From Octopus bimaculoides (lineage: Eukaryota), in contig NC_068982.1 in NCBI RefSeq assembly GCF_001194135.2, forward strand, positions 38,658,372 through 38,722,371: DNA of 64,000 nt. The letters run 5' to 3'. The translations under genes and the position numbers were made by a program. Under the pieces are notes generated by a model, which searched no databases, was not told the DNA's origin, and saw nothing but the letters and a program-made list of their open reading frames with translations. This document shows, piece after piece, positions 48,872 to 62,894 of the stretch (position 1 is its first letter; each line of letters opens with the position of its first letter).

Positions 48872-49219
48872 ATGCAACATATACAACAACTGTGTCTTTT
48901 AATGACAATTTGGTCAGCGAGTGTGGTGATGGCCGAAAGCTTTAAACGGTCACTTACTGCCCGTCATCATCATCATCACCATCATCACCAACATCAGCAA
49001 CAGCAACAACAAAATTTACCGGTTGTGTTCGCTGTCGCCGATAGAAAAAATGAAATGAAACCCGATCATTACGATGGAGTCCAATTGTTGTCAGTGCATG
49101 AGAAGGACCCTTTATCTTCTGCTGACGGCCAAGATAACAAAGAAGAGAAAGACGATATCATAACAAGTAGAAGCAGTTTAAAGAACTTGTCCCCTAGTCA
49201 ACCTGTTAGGGAGCTGAAG
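48872..49219 (+). CDS. Uncharacterised secreted protein, coding exon 1 (signal peptide, His/Gln tract)
   Basis: MQHIQQLCLLMTIWSASVVMA|ESFKRSLTARHHHHHHHHQHQQQQQQ...PVRELK. Hydrophobic N-terminus with small residues at -3/-1; strong donor AAG|gtatgt, phase 0. Confidence 0.8.
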
Positions 49220-52200
49220 GTATGTTATTTATAATATATTTTTCTAAGAACGGCTTGAACGTCGCAGAATCTCGTGCTCTTCTTATATCCAAAATCCTAA
49301 TTGAAGTTTGTAACATTTTAAACAGATCATTGTTGCGTGAACGGATAAGATTAAAAATAAAAAAAAGCAAGCACGGTAGTAAACTGAGTAATGTAGTTTT
49401 AGGGTAAACTATGTGGATAAATGACGGGATGGTCACGGCTAGAGCGCCTTTGATCTTAGGTTTGCTGAATAAAGGCTGAACTGGACCTATGCTACGACAC
49501 GATATTAAACGTATTAATCGAATTGTCATTAGGATAAACATGTGATATTGGCAATACAATGATGGCAATATAAAAAAAATTTAGCGTGAAGTCTTGGACA
49601 TTTATTATTTTTAAAAATCATTAGTTATCTTTTGAGATTTTTTCAATGTATATCCCTAAAAGATATTTTACAATGTGTGTTTATAAAGAGAGTATGTCTA
49701 CAGGGTATGTTTGGCTGTAGTTGTCATGCGAAATTTATATAAACCTTTATGCATTAGTTTATTGCTTTCCGATGTTTTATCAACAATCGAGTAAACTCAG
49801 TTGAAATGTCATCCCTGTGTGTATGTGTAAAAGTGCATCATTTTTTGTATGAATCCATTCATCATAAATTATTTGATATTCATATTGTTAAGGCACCGTT
49901 TATTCTTTCACTCAGTTATTCATTCATTCATTCTGTGTTTTGTTTTTATTAATTCTTTCACTTTTGAGATGATAATAATCTTGTACCTTCTTTCTTCACT
50001 TTATCCTTATATCTAGCTTTCTGCCAGCCTCTATTAGTTCTTGCCGTCTATTCCGATTGCTAGTGAGAAATGCATGAATGCTACAACATGTCATTTCTGC
50101 TCTCCTTAACTATCCGAGGTCTTGTGTTTATGCCAGAAATCAATATTATCTTTATATTTCGGGTGGGGTGGAAGAAGAAGATGTAATCACGAGGAACACA
50201 ATTTCTTCTAGTTAACGTGTCAAATGCCGGAAAATTCCATCCCATACACCCCACCGCACGCTGCGAAAATCTGCTGTAGACGATTAATCAATAGGCTATG
50301 CTCCAGCTCCATGAAAAACTGGCTGGACTATCCATTTTTATCTTATGATCGTTTCTCTTCTGTTTCTGTTACTCTATCTCCGTTCAACATGTAATAGTAG
50401 AACAATCTGCTTTATTCGAATCATAGCATCAGTCGCTGCGGTGTAGTTAGGGGTGGTGCGTGTTAGGATGTGAGCCAAAGGACTTAAAAAGCAATGAACG
50501 TTTCACTTATCGTATCTAATTTTTTTTTCTAGTTGGAGAAGACTAAATTCTGAGAATAAAGTTAATAAATAAAGTAATAGGATAAGTACACTTCTTTTAA
50601 AATGACTAAAACTGTTTTATTGTTCCTTTTTCATTATGGAAATAATGGAAAGGAAATAAAAGTTGCAGTTGATAAAATTTCAGGTTTAAGTTTTAAGATA
50701 AAGGTAAAAAAATGTTAATTTTTGTCATATCGTTATCGTTGCTTTATTTCTGTCACACTCATTATTTTATTTATATTTTCTATCATGCAAGCAGAACTTG
50801 CTACATTACAAATCATATATAGGTGAATGGCCTTCCTAACATGAAACTTTATAAAATTGTATCAAGTAATTTTTTATTTCATAAATTTTTTTTTCTATCA
50901 GATATAAGTTGGATAAATTTAAACGGTCCACACTCAATATCAGTCGTCCCTGTTCATCAATGAATCATTTGTAGATTCTTGTTCTACACTATGTCTAATC
51001 ATTGATTTTATTTTACATACTAGAATGAAAATAAACTTGTAGTGGCCTGTAAAATTTAGCAAGATTTAAATGAATACAAAAGAAAATATATAATAGCTTG
51101 TTCTGCTCTGAAGAAAAGAAATATTTTGTGATTTAAATAGAGCCTTTCATGTATATTCTCCATATCATACCTGTCACTTCTAATTCTCATTAACTTCTAG
51201 CTTTTAGCATTTTCTTTATTGTTATATGCAGATATCATTTAGTTTAATTACTGTCACCAAGTGTCATCTGAAGGGTTATATTAATTAGCTACTTTCTTAA
51301 CTCCTTCATCTAGGTTTGTCTTTTAGTTAATCAGATAAAATCTTTACAGCTGAGGATTCTACTGAATTTGATAACTGATATGCAGCTTTGATATGCTTTA
51401 TCAAATTTCCTCACCATTAATAAATTAACAAATAACAACTTCAAATGTAGCATATTAAACAAAGATTCATATTGGAAGATAAACTGATTTCTGTTCAAAT
51501 CTATATGCAGGTAAATAATACCTGGACACTGGATGTTGACAGTGACTTGAAAGCCTATACTTAGCCCAAGTTTCATGGTATCAAACAGAAAAGATAAATC
51601 TTCTCATAAAAAAGAAACCACTGTAAAATAATAACATTAGCAGATGATCTGAGATATTTTTAACAGTTAAATGATCTGAAGACATATAGAACAAAATGTT
51701 CTGCTCAGAAACATATAAAAATATCTGCAAGATTTGAACTCATAAATCATGTGCAGTAGTGTCCACCTTCAGTAAGCTGGCTAAAGAATTAAAGGTTTAC
51801 ATTTTGATGCTAGTGTGGTGCTGGTTAGGACACTTGACTTTCAATGCTTCAATACATATAGTCGTGAAATAGGTTCCATGGAGAGATTAAGCTTATTGCT
51901 GTTAGGGAAATGATAGTTATGTAAGCCTGCAGTTTTCAACTGAAATCATATTATGCTCAAACTTGTTAAAACTTGTAAGGGACTGCTCTCCTGTCAAAGG
52001 GAAAAATGACTCAGCTTGTTAGGCTTCAAAATGGATATTCGTTAGTGATTATTTGATATAACTATACAAAATGATGGGTTAGTCATGGGTGATCTTTTGA
52101 TATAGATATACAAAATGTCTGACAATAAAATGAAAATGAGAGGTACTTGATGTTTTGCCAAATTCTGAATAATTCTTTAATGAATTATTAGTAAAAATGT

Positions 52201-52838
52201 TTGGTTACAATCCAGAGACTGAAAGAAATTGATTAGGTAGATTAGTAACGTCAAATCCAATAGATAAATATTGTAAATACATTATCTTTGTGCACATGAT
52301 GCCAGCTGATCAGCTGATCTCTTGTAGATGTATATTGAGAAAAGATTTTGGAAAGTTCCGTTTATTGCTCAATATTTATTTTTCATGTCACTTCATGTAC
52401 CTACAATGGTATATTTGTGTACATTTCATGATTTCAATTACCTTTTATTGCTGGTTTTCATGAGGGTTTCATTATTTTCAGCAGATAAAAACATTTTCTT
52501 TCAGTTGGCCATTTAAATATACTTTATATCAAAAGGTCACTGTTAAGTGATAAGCTATTGGACAAACCAGCTCATAATAACTAGAAAAAAGAAAATGACC
52601 CCACCCCAGAATCCATTAAACTGGTTGTGGTCTGTGGTGAAAAAAATTATGCAAATTATTGTGATTTGCAATTCCTGAATATGGATAAGTTTGCTTGGCA
52701 GAGTTGTCAGATGAGTTCCATAAAATGTAACACACAATTTTTAGATGTTTGCAAGTAGCCCTGATTAAAAAATTTTCAAGAAAATGTTAAAAGTTATATC
52801 TAAGGATTGCCTATAAGTTGGTTCCAATTTATTTAGTT

Positions 52839-53098
52839 CAGAGGTTCTCAACTGGGGTCCATATGGCCCTTGGTGGTCCATATAAAATTTTCTTGTTAAA
52901 ATGTATGTGCAATAAATTGGTTATGCTTCTACAGTACACAAAATAGTTTAGCAATTATTTTTTTATACAATTCCTTATAACAATTAATGATAAAAATGCA
53001 ATAGGCTTTTTTTTTAAACATTGAATGGCTATGAGGGTTCACCCCATTAAAGTAGGAATCAGAGGGGTCCATAGACAAAAAATAGTTGAGAACCACTG
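52839..53098. mobile_element. hAT-Charlie-type MITE
   Basis: TIRs CAGAGGTTCTCAAC / GTTGAGAACCACTG; 8-bp TSD ATTTAGTT / ATTTAATT. Confidence 0.85.
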
Positions 53099-53643
53099 AT
53101 TTAATTTAATTTAACATGATATTTTAGATTGAAATTTTAAAAAAGTAAGTTGGCTAAATTAATTTTAAACATTTTATTTTGGCACAAGGCCAGCAATTTT
53201 GGGGGTGGAGTTAAGTTGACTACATCTACATCAGTGCTCAACTGGTGCTTATTTTATCAACCCCCAAGGGATGAAAGGCAAAGTTGACCTCAGCAGAATT
53301 TGAACTCAGAATGTAAAGACACAAACGCAGACACACACATATGACAGAATTTTTTTAGTTTCTGTCTATGCATGTGTGTGTTTGTGTGTACTCTTGTCTT
53401 AACATTGTGATGATTGTAAACGAGCATCATCTGCATATTCTCAACATTATTCATTTCCAGGCATCCTTGAAAAATAGGCCTGTTAATGAGGTAATATTAC
53501 CTTAATTGGAAATATCACCTTACTTGGAAGGGCATCTGGCCATAGAAAATCTGCTTCAAGAATTCTGTCTAACCTATGCAAGCATGAAAAAGTGAATGTT
53601 AAAACAATGATGATAATACTAGTACAAAGCCCTGAAAAATAGT

Positions 53644-53724
53644 GTTATCCACAGCTTGTACCCCAATTCAGTTATCCACAGCTTGTACCCCAATTCAGTT
53701 ATCCACAGCTTGTACCCCGATTCA
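53644..53724. repeat. 27-bp tandem repeat x3
   Basis: GTTATCCACAGCTTGTACCCC(A/G)ATTCA three times. Confidence 0.95.
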
Positions 53725-53859
53725 GCAATTCTATTTGTATGGCATAGAAAAAGCAAAATCTGATGTTTGTTGCTATCTCTTTATCTGAGAGAGAGAGAGA
53801 AAGAGAGGGAGGAAATAATTTGCAAACCAATAAAAACAATTTTCGTCTCCCTGTCTCAG

Positions 53860-53945
53860 ATGAAAGAACAGCCTGGAAATGTCACATCACTTTACTTTCC
53901 AAAGCATGCAGACATCCATATTCATAATACTTCTGCTGATAGATT
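53860..53945 (+). CDS. Uncharacterised secreted protein, coding exon 2
   Basis: Acceptor tctccctgtctcag|ATG; donor TT|gtgagt; 86 nt, phase 0 to 2. Bridges exon 1 (phase 0) and exon 3 (phase 2) exactly. Encodes MKEQPGNVTSLYFPKHADIHIHNTSADR(F). Confidence 0.7.
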
Positions 53946-54930
53946 GTGAGTTAAAATCTACTGCAATCACTCTGTTCTTTCTATATTGTAATAAGTCATC
54001 ATTGCTTAGCACCAGGTTAATCAGATCTGTAATCAAATGCATTCCATCCATTACCATTCTGTCTTTTTTATAAATCTTTTTTTAAACATAATCAATTTAG
54101 GACCTCATATAATGTATCCCCTCTGGCATGGAGTAATTTAGAACTACATCATCCAATGTGTTTTAACTCCTTATTTTTAACCATTTGTTATTTTACCCTC
54201 ACACATTCTCCCTTCTTCTGACCCTCTGCCTGTGTTCTCTCTTATGCTCACTTTCCTGTACCTTGGGAGTTCACTCTAGCACTCCACCAGTACCACCTTT
54301 ATCTCTTTTCCAACCCCCACCCCATACAATCACTGGAAACCATGTATCTCCTTTATAACAAGACACCTATGTTTGTTCCTCTATCATACTCTAGCCTTTT
54401 GTCACTTGGCATAAAGCCATCCCACTACAGCCAAAATACTCCCACTCCCAACACTTCATTGTGAGAGCTTTTTCCTTTCTCCTTATTCTTTTTCTTGTCT
54501 TTCAAGTTACTTGACAATTTCACGAGTGCCAGAAGAGCAAATAAAGCACCCAGTACACACTGTTAAATGGTTAGCATTAGGAAGGACATCCAGCCAAAGC
54601 TGACACTGGAACTCAGTACTGCCTTGCAGTTTACTGGGTCTTGTCAAAATGTCCAAACCATGCCAGCATGGAAAATGGATTTTAAATGATAATGATAGGA
54701 CATTGTTTACAGGGTTTAATATTGCAGCTGTTTTTAGCCTGTTGTGTAACTATATAATGTCTCCTCTCCTACAAGTGGCCATGTACAGACAAGACAATAT
54801 AGTAGACTCCAGATGAGTGGAGGTATTGCATGCAGTAGGCTGACTACATATTTATGTAGAGAGGAATGTTTTAGGTGCTTTCCAACACCAGTACTTGAAT
54901 ACTTCCTAAAAAGGTGTATCTAAGTATATT

Positions 54931-55098
54931 CAGTGCTATCTTAAGGTATAAGCGCACTAGGCAGCTGCCCAGGGACCTCATGGGTTTAGGGGCCCAATTT
55001 CTAATTTATGTATGCTGTGATCTACTGTCAGTAAATAAATACTATAGGACTGGGCATTGATTTGCCCAGGGTCCTATAATGCTGTTAAGACAGCCCTG
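54931..55098. mobile_element. hAT (Tip100-like) MITE
   Basis: TIRs CAGTGCTATCTTAAG / (reverse complement) CAGGGCTGTCTTAAC; 8-bp TSD AGTATATT / AATATATT. Confidence 0.8.
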
Positions 55099-56140
55099 AA
55101 TATATTTATATATACTATATATGATTCTTTAAAAAGTACAACCAGCCATGACTCATGAGAAAGTATGTCTTGGTAACATGTGCCTTGTTTTTGTTGTCTA
55201 ATGTGCCTATGTAGTCTTGATCAGACTTGCACAGCCTCTTGTGCACCTAACTTTTGATTCAGAAGAACAGCTGGAAGAGAAGGTGTTGAGAAGATGATGA
55301 TGAGATGAACAAATTTAGTTTTACTATAAGGTTTTTGTGGAGACATTGACAGACAGTGTTAGTAGGGAAGGTAGTAATAGAAGGGAAAGTGTTAGAGTAA
55401 TAGTCAGAGCCTTGGGTTGTGAGAGAGAGATTCAGAGAGTGGTAATTCAGGGTTACTTCACATTGTATATGGGCAGATGCAGGGTGCCTGAAAGAGAGAT
55501 AAAGAGGACAGTAATAATAAACCTGAACAGACTTTCAAGGTAGCACGGCCAAAAAAACTGAATAAGATAGAGAGAGTGGTGATAGAAGAACCAGGAAAGA
55601 TGAGTAAAGGCTAAAAGAGTGAAGGGAAGAGTGAGAGTAAGTAATGGATAGAAATCATGGGTGTAAGTGCTCAGAAGTAAATAGGGGATGAAGGTTGTCA
55701 GTAGTGAACAGGAGCTGGGTAATTGACAGTAAATGTAAATAGATGTTGAGGTGGGGAGTTATGGTAAGAAGTGGGGATGAATATCAAGTGGCTCAGGGAG
55801 CAGTTCAGAGGGTATGATGATATGATAAACACTAGTTTATATTGTGGTTCATATGCTGGTTTTAAGTAAATTTAGACACTCAACCACAAGAGATCATCAG
55901 GTTCCTTTCTGTTATTCTTTTGCTTTATCCAGTCACTGGACTGTGGTCAGGCCAAAGCACTGACCCGAAGGGTTTAGTCAATCAGAATAACCCCAGTACT
56001 TATATTTAAGTCTAGTATTAGTTTCTTGCTGACCACTGATTTTTAAAAATTTTTGGAGGGGTTGCATAAACAAGTGAGTACCAATTAACAAGTGGTAGCA
56101 TATGAAGACTCTCTCTCTCTCTCTCTCTCACTCACTCATA

Positions 56141-56209
<69 letters not shown>

Positions 56210-56777
56210 CATAATGATGATGATCGTCATCATTTTTAATGTCAGTTTTTTTCCATGCTTCCATAGCATGGTTCAGATGAAATTTGCTAAAGTAGAATTT
56301 CTACTCTTCCTGTCAACAACTCTCATTTTGATGTAACCTATTTCACCTAATCCCTTGAACACAACCAGTGCAAATAGCTAGACATGTCTTCATGGAGGAT
56401 TGCAAAATGAATGACACCACTTGTACGACAATGATGTTTGTTTTACACACACATAAATATATCTAGGTTAGGCTTTTTTTCTCTTTCTCTGCACCAAATT
56501 CATTCACTTTAGAGCTGTAGTATGCCACACCTGCCCTAGGTGCCATGCTGTAGGACTACACAGCAATTTATGTCATTTATCTTTTACTTGTTTCAGTCTG
56601 TGGAGCTCCACCTTGAAGGGTTTCAGTCAAAGAAATTGACCTCAGTATTTATTTTTAAGCTTGGTGCTTATTCTATTGGCTTCTTTTTTTTTTTGCCAAA
56701 TCACCAAGTTATGGAGATGTAAACAAACCAACACCAATTGTCAAGCCATGATAGGGGTCAGATATGAATACATACAA

Positions 56778-56852
<75 letters not shown>

Positions 56853-57124
56853 NNNNNNNNNNNNNNNNNNNNNNNNNNNNNNNNNNNNNNNNNNNNNNNN
56901 NNNNNNNNNNNNNNNNNNNNNNNNNNTTATTAATAGCATGCCAGGCAAAATGCTTAGCAGTATTTTGTCTGCTGTTAGGTTTTGAGTTCAAATTCTGCCA
57001 AGGTTGGCTTTGCTTTTCATCCTTTCAAGGTCGATAAAATTAGTAACAGTTACGTACTGGGGTCAATGTAATCAACTTAATCCCTTCCCCCAAAATTTGA
57101 GGCCTTGTGCTTCCAGTAGAAAGG

Positions 57125-57290
57125 ATTATTATTATTGAGTAGTCTTATATTTATCACGTACTTTCACTGCACTACTGAGTGCAGCTCTGTGTGCCTTGGT
57201 TATGTGCTGTGGTTTATTGCGGTGCTCTTATTGTTACTGTATTGAAAGTGTTTTACGTAGGATGTGTGGTGCCTAGTAGTGCTATTTTCT
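57125..57290 (-). mobile_element. Short 5'-truncated copy of the R4/Dong-like LINE
   Basis: Reverse complement matches 145-300 (ALLGTTHILRKTLSIQ* plus 3' UTR); (TAA)n on both sides. Confidence 0.85.
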
Positions 57291-57848
57291 AATTATTATT
57301 ATTAGTTTTAATAGCACACCGGGCAAAATGCTTAGCAGCATTTTGTCTGCCTTTATATTCTGAGTTCAAATCCCACCGAGATTGCCTTTGCTTTCCATCC
57401 TTTTGGGGGTCGATAAATTAAGTACCAATGAAACACTGGGGGTCAATGTAATCAACTAGTCCCCTCCCACAAAATTTCAGGTCTTCTGCCTTTAGTAGAA
57501 ATGATTATTAGTATTATTAATAATAAAGAGTATGGAGACTTGTATATCCACAAAATTTATTTTATAGTTATATACAGCATATATAACTATAAAATAAATT
57601 TTGTGGATGTACAAGTCTTTATACTCTTTATTATTAATAATAATAATAGTATATACTCCAGACAATTTTTACTGTCCTGCAAAGCATACACAGAGTTACC
57701 CATCAGAAGAATCCATGGAGTGACTGACAAGAAATTGTAGTCACAGATGTTAAATATGTATCGTAATGATTAACTGGAACTTAACTGAGAGCTCATATGG
57801 TACCCACCTGGATAATATATCCCTCCAAACTTACTTATATATATATAT

Positions 57849-57906
<58 letters not shown>

Positions 57907-57961
57907 GTAAGCACATAGATGCAAAACAAGTTGGAAAAAATATTTGAATACTAATGGTATT

Positions 57962-58125
57962 TACTGTTTATCAATGCTGAAAAAAATCCTCAGAAGCTGT
58001 TACTCAGAGTGTCATGTGACTGTTCATCAGACAGTTGTGATGTTATTGCAGCTGTCTGACAAACAATCATGAGAAACTCTGAGTAACAATTTGTGAAGAT
58101 TTTTTTTCAGCTTTAATAAATAGTA
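57962..58125. repeat. 164-bp imperfect palindrome (foldback / MITE-like hairpin)
   Basis: Arms of ~73 bp around a 17-nt loop (58035-58051), with perfect blocks TGTTACTCAGAGT/ACTCTGAGTAACA, GCTGAAAAAAA/TTTTTTTCAGC and TCAGACAG/CTGTCTGA. Confidence 0.85.
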
Positions 58126-58794
58126 TATATTATATACATACATACATACATATATATATGCTTCATTCAGTTTCCATCTACCAAATCCACTCACAAGGCT
58201 TTGCTTACCAAGGTCTACAGTGGAAGACACTTGCCCAAGGTGTCACACAATGGGACTGAACCCAAGATCACATGCTCCTTACTACACAGCCAAATGTACA
58301 TAACATTCCATTAATTATCTAAAGTACCTCTTTTTAAAAAATTCATCTTTATCTTTTACATTTAAAAAAAAAAAAAACTTTAATGAGATTTTATTAAAAT
58401 GCGTTATTAAAAATTGATGTTTTAATTTTCTGATTAAACAATTGATGAAACTACTTATTCTCTTTTAGCACTCAGATGGAAATGAGCCATCAGGCTTGTC
58501 TAGCTCCAAGTTGGAAAATTCTATAGGTAAATATTTTTTTCTATAAGTTTTTTTTTATTGATTGATGTTTCAACTATGGGAATATTGGCTTACTTGCTTG
58601 TTATTTAGTTAAGCTGAAATGGTCTTTGAACACTAAAACGTCTGTGTTGTATTGTATTCCTTTCTATTATGTATATGATTCAGTTTTTAATAAATATACT
58701 TACTATGGATTATTTAACTCTCAACAGCAATTTTATGCTCTGAATGGGCTGGCAGGTTAATTGGCAATAAAATCATTGATGATTTAGTTTAAAT

Positions 58795-59299
58795 GCAGAA
58801 GTTGTATAAAAGCTGGATGAAAATAAGGCAGGCTTGCTTTGATGGATGTATAATGTTAACATGCATGAATGACAGAACACTAATGAGCTGGTGAGAAAAA
58901 TGGGTATAAGAGGAATCAAAAAAACAGTATGTAAGGGGGAAAGACAGTGCTGTTATGAACATATGGTATGTATTAAGAAAAAAAAAACAGTTGGGGAAAG
59001 TAGTACCAGGCAATCCAAGTGAAAGGAGTCTGCAGAAAAGATCTAGGAAGAAGTGGTGAAGGCTGATCACAGAATACTGCACCTAATAAAGGTAATAAAT
59101 TGTGTAACAAGAGGTGGGTGCTGGAAAAGACCCATGCAAATATAAAAAAAAAATGGATATGCAAAGTGGTAATTAATAGAAAGAAACAAGCTCATTGGTA
59201 TTTCCTGATATATGTATGTTTATATATATATATATATATACACACTCTTTGAGTAGTTGGCATTAGGAAGGGCATCCAGCTGTAGAAACTCTGCCAAAT
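58795..59299 (+). mobile_element. Heavily decayed RTE LINE 3' end
   Basis: Collinear with 17296-18062 (..GAGAAAAATGGGTATAAGAGGAATC..GTGCTGGAAAAGAC.. then TGGCATTAGGAAGGGCATCCAGCTGTAGAAACTCTGCC). Confidence 0.6.
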
Positions 59300-59782
59300 N
59301 NNNNNNNNNNNNNNNNNNNNNNNNNNNNNNNNNNNNNNNNNNNNNNNNNNNNNNNNNNNNNNNNNNNNNNNNNNNNNNNNNNNNNNNNNNNNNNNNNNNG
59401 CATATGCATGTCTGTAAGTTTGTGTGTATGTATGCATGCTGTGTGTATGTATGCATGCTGTATGTATGTATGCATGCTGCATGCATGCTGTGTGTATGTA
59501 CCTATGCGTGTTCATATGCATGCATGCTGTTGAAGACTATGCTCCACACTTTGGCATTAGAGAGAAAGGAAACGAGAGAATGAATGGTAGCACAATAAGA
59601 TTCCCTGACTTCTATCTTCACATTTTTTACAGCCTTGTATACATGTATGACAATGCAATATTCATGCTGGCATTCCAGAGAGGAGTATATGTGTGAGGAT
59701 GTTCACTGCCATTCAGATTGATGAATTGGTTTATTATGCTATAAAATGATTTTGCAATAACTCTAGCTGGTAGGTCAGACCT

Positions 59783-60108
59783 GTGAAGGCAAATGGCTTA
59801 ATGGTTAAGATATTCAGCTCATGATCACAATGTTGTGAATTCAATTCCTGGCGATGCGTTGTGTCCTTGAGCAAGGCATTTTATTTCACATTGCTCTAGT
59901 CCTTCTCACCTGGCAAAAACGAGTAGTACTTGTATTTCAAAGGGCCAGCCTTGTCACACTCTGTGTCATGCTGAATCTCACTGAGAACTACTTTAAAGGT
60001 ACACGTGTCTGTGGAGTGCTCAGCCACATGCATGTTAATTTCATGAGCAGGCTGTTCTGTTAACTGGATCAACTGGAACCTTCATTGTTATAACAGATGG
60101 AGTGTCAG
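59783..60108 (+). mobile_element. SINE family C-related copy (different head, same body and tail as 22354-22708)
   Basis: tRNA-like head, TTGTGTCCTTGAGCAAGGCA, then CAGCCTTGTCACACTCTGTGTC..GTCTGTGGAGTGCTCAGCCAC..GAGCAGGCTGTTC..GGATCAACTGGAACC. Confidence 0.75.
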
Positions 60109-60384
60109 TCCAGACCTAGACTGCTGAAAGATCTTATAAGAATTGGTACTAATCATTTTCATTAGAAGCTGTATAAATCCCTGAATTGAATCGCCACATA
60201 ATGCCCAAAGTTCCTAGGTTATAACAGGTGGTTGGTGCCAGTAAATTGGTAGACATAGTTGCTATAAGATCATCAAGTCACTAAGGTAGCAAGCAACAAC
60301 AGAGCCATATAAGCAATAACCTGCTGCTAAATAGCTGAAGTGTTGATGAGAATCCAGGAAGGAACATATATACACTTACATATG

Positions 60385-60722
60385 GCTCTTGTGCGGGTGG
60401 CACATAAGATGTACCATCCTGAGCGTGACCGTTGCCAGTACCGCCTGACTGGCCTTGTAGGGTTTTTGAGCGAGATCGTTGCCAGTGCCCCTGGACTGGC
60501 TCTTGTGCGGGTGGCACATAAAAGACACCATTTCGAGCTTGGCCGTTTTTGTGCGGGTGACACGTAAAAGCACCCACTACACTCTCTGAGTGGTTGGCGT
60601 TAGGAAGGGCATCCAGCTGTAGAAACTCTGCCAAATTAGATTGGAGCCTGGTGTAGCCATCCGGATGCACCAGTCCTCAGTCAAATCGTCCAACCCATGC
60701 TAGCATGGAAAGCGAACGTTAA
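60385..60722 (+). mobile_element. RTE LINE 3' UTR copy (young)
   Basis: Near-identical to the reverse complement of 17296-17527 and 9641-9955, including internal GGCTCTTGTGCGGGTGGCACATAA subrepeats. Confidence 0.88.
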
Positions 60723-61552
60723 NNNNNNNNNNNNNNNNNNNNNNNNNNNNNNNNNNNNNNNNNNNNNNNNNNNNNNNNNNNNNNNNNNNNNNNNNNNNNN
60801 NNNNNNNNNNNNNNNNNNNNNNNNNNNNNNNNNNNNNNNNNNNNNNNNNNNNNNNNNNNNNNNNNNNNNNNNNNNNNNNNNNNNNNNNNNNNNNNNNNNN
60901 NNNNNNNNNNNNNNNNNNNNNNNNNNNNNNNNNNNNNNNNNNNNNNNNNNNNNNNNNNNNNNNNNNNNNNNNNNNNNNNNNNNNNNNNNNNNNNNNNNNN
61001 NNNNNNNNNNNNNNNNNNNNNNNNNNNNNNNCTTATGTGTACACAAACATTTGATTACTGTAAACAAATCGTCTGTGCAGTTGTTCAGCAAGAAATTTCA
61101 GAACCCTCATACATTGTCTAACGATGGGAGAGTCCATAATATATGCATATGTATATTTATATTATACATATAGATATACATATGCATATATTATTGTGAG
61201 CATGTGTTATGCATATGTGTGTATGTGTACTCACACACACACACACACACAAACATTCTAATAACTGAAATAAAAGTTGTCATGCACATATACATACATG
61301 CATACATTTGCACATACATATGTATGTACATACATGCATACATTTATACATACACACATATACTCCTAATGCTCACATATGGTGCTGGTGAACATATATT
61401 TATATATTTGTTTTATGATACATGTATATTTTCAATTTGCTTACAAAATGTGTATATAATTTATTTGAAGTTAAATGTTTTATATTCAATAAAGTCAGTG
61501 TTATTGAATGGAATAATAATTTTAAAAAATTCTACTTTAAAACTCGTTTCAG

Positions 61553-61880
61553 TTTAACCTTTTTGAAACGTCTCCAAGCAACCAATAACCTTCAGTTGAA
61601 TAGCTTGGCTGTTGATGAAAGTCCACGAAGAAATAACTTGCCAACTGAGAAGAAACTGGAGTTGTCTAGCAATCATGTGTTTCCTTATTTCAATATCAAT
61701 GAGGAGGGGATGTCATATGACGATGAAAATTCTCGAGATGAACTTGAGTCTGATATGATGAAGGATGATCTTAATCAGACAAATGATTCTGAGGTATACA
61801 GCAATAACAGACCCCAGAATGATTCAAGTTCTGTAATTTTGCCAGCGAGGGGACATCATACCAACTTGGTTAGCTATTTT
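61553..61880 (+). CDS. Uncharacterised secreted protein, coding exon 3 (acidic, N-rich)
   Basis: Acceptor actcgtttcag|T; donor TTT|gtaagt; 328 nt, phase 2 to 0. Open frame LTFLKRLQATNN...SYDDENSRDELESDMMKDDLNQTNDSE...GHHTNLVSYF. Confidence 0.75.
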
Positions 61881-62894
61881 GTAAGTTGATATAAATCTGC
61901 TCAATTGTAACTGATTGTGAATATATATATATTTTTTCCTACTCTAGGCACAAGGCCCAAAAGTTTTTGGGAGGGGGCCAGTTGATTAGATTGACCCCAG
62001 TACGCAAGTGGTACTTAATTTATTGACTACAAGAATTGTTATATTTAAAGCAATATAGTATGTATGTGGATGTATGAATTGCGGTAAGGTCTGTTAAATG
62101 AGTTGAAGATGGATAATTATCCTTTCTACTGGAAGCACAAGGCCTCAAATTTGGAAGAAGGGATTAAGTCGATTACATTGACCTCAGTGTGTAACTGGTA
62201 CATATTTAAGTGACCCAAAAAGGATGAAAGGCAAAGTTGACCTCACCAGATGAAATACCGCTAAGCATTTTGCCCTGAATGCTAACGATTCTGCCAGCTC
62301 ACCGCCTTAATAATAATAAATGAATTTAGAGACAAATTACAATAGGTGCAAGGAAACGTTCATTACAACTGCAGAAATTTTATAAAGCAAACTGATAGAC
62401 ATTTCAATTGTTAAAACGTTATAAATATTTAAATGTTCATCAAAATGTAGAATAGAGGTTAAGAAAAACCTGAGTACAGTGTCACAATAATTCTGGTCAC
62501 TTCTATTCAAAGGCTGGCATAATGCCAAGCTTAACTTCAAAGATTCTGGCTTGAAATCTGTTTAAACTGCAAATTGAAATCAAAATTGTTTACATGTCAA
62601 AGTAAACAACTTGCCCAAAGTGTCACACAGTAGCACCGAACCCAAAACCATGTGTTTGGGAAGCTAATTTCTTAACCCCACAGCCATGCCTCTGCCTTTG
62701 TATGGAGAAAGTCCTTGTAGTGATAACTGCAAATTTTCCTGTGGTGAAAGTAGTTTATAAGAAGGAGGATTTATCACTTAACTGCTTTGTCCACTGGAAG
62801 ACAGAGATAAGCTTGGCTATATATAAACATGTTTTTCAGAAATCCTTTGGCTATCTTTCTCATTTATCTCACTCATTTCTTTCTTTTTTTGTAG

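Noticed and set aside
51331-51576. 81-aa minus ORF with protein-like composition
   Set aside because: No convincing splice sites, motif or partner exons; antisense within an AT-rich intron; probably chance.
53644-53724. Three perfect bacterial DnaA boxes (TTATCCACA) at 27-bp spacing, resembling an origin or iteron array
   Set aside because: They arise from triplication of one 27-bp unit within eukaryotic intronic repeat DNA. There is no rep gene or other bacterial context.
55280-55830. GA-rich block (similar ones at 2030-2230 and 45421-45620) possibly a decayed LINE or a coding exon
   Set aside because: Stops in all frames and no recoverable motif; left unclassified.
60281-60670. Recurring MKPDGNTRLQSDLAEFLQLDALPNANHS ORFs (also 9699, 16322, 17365, 40054)
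   Set aside because: Antisense translations of the RTE 3' UTR repeat, not a gene family.
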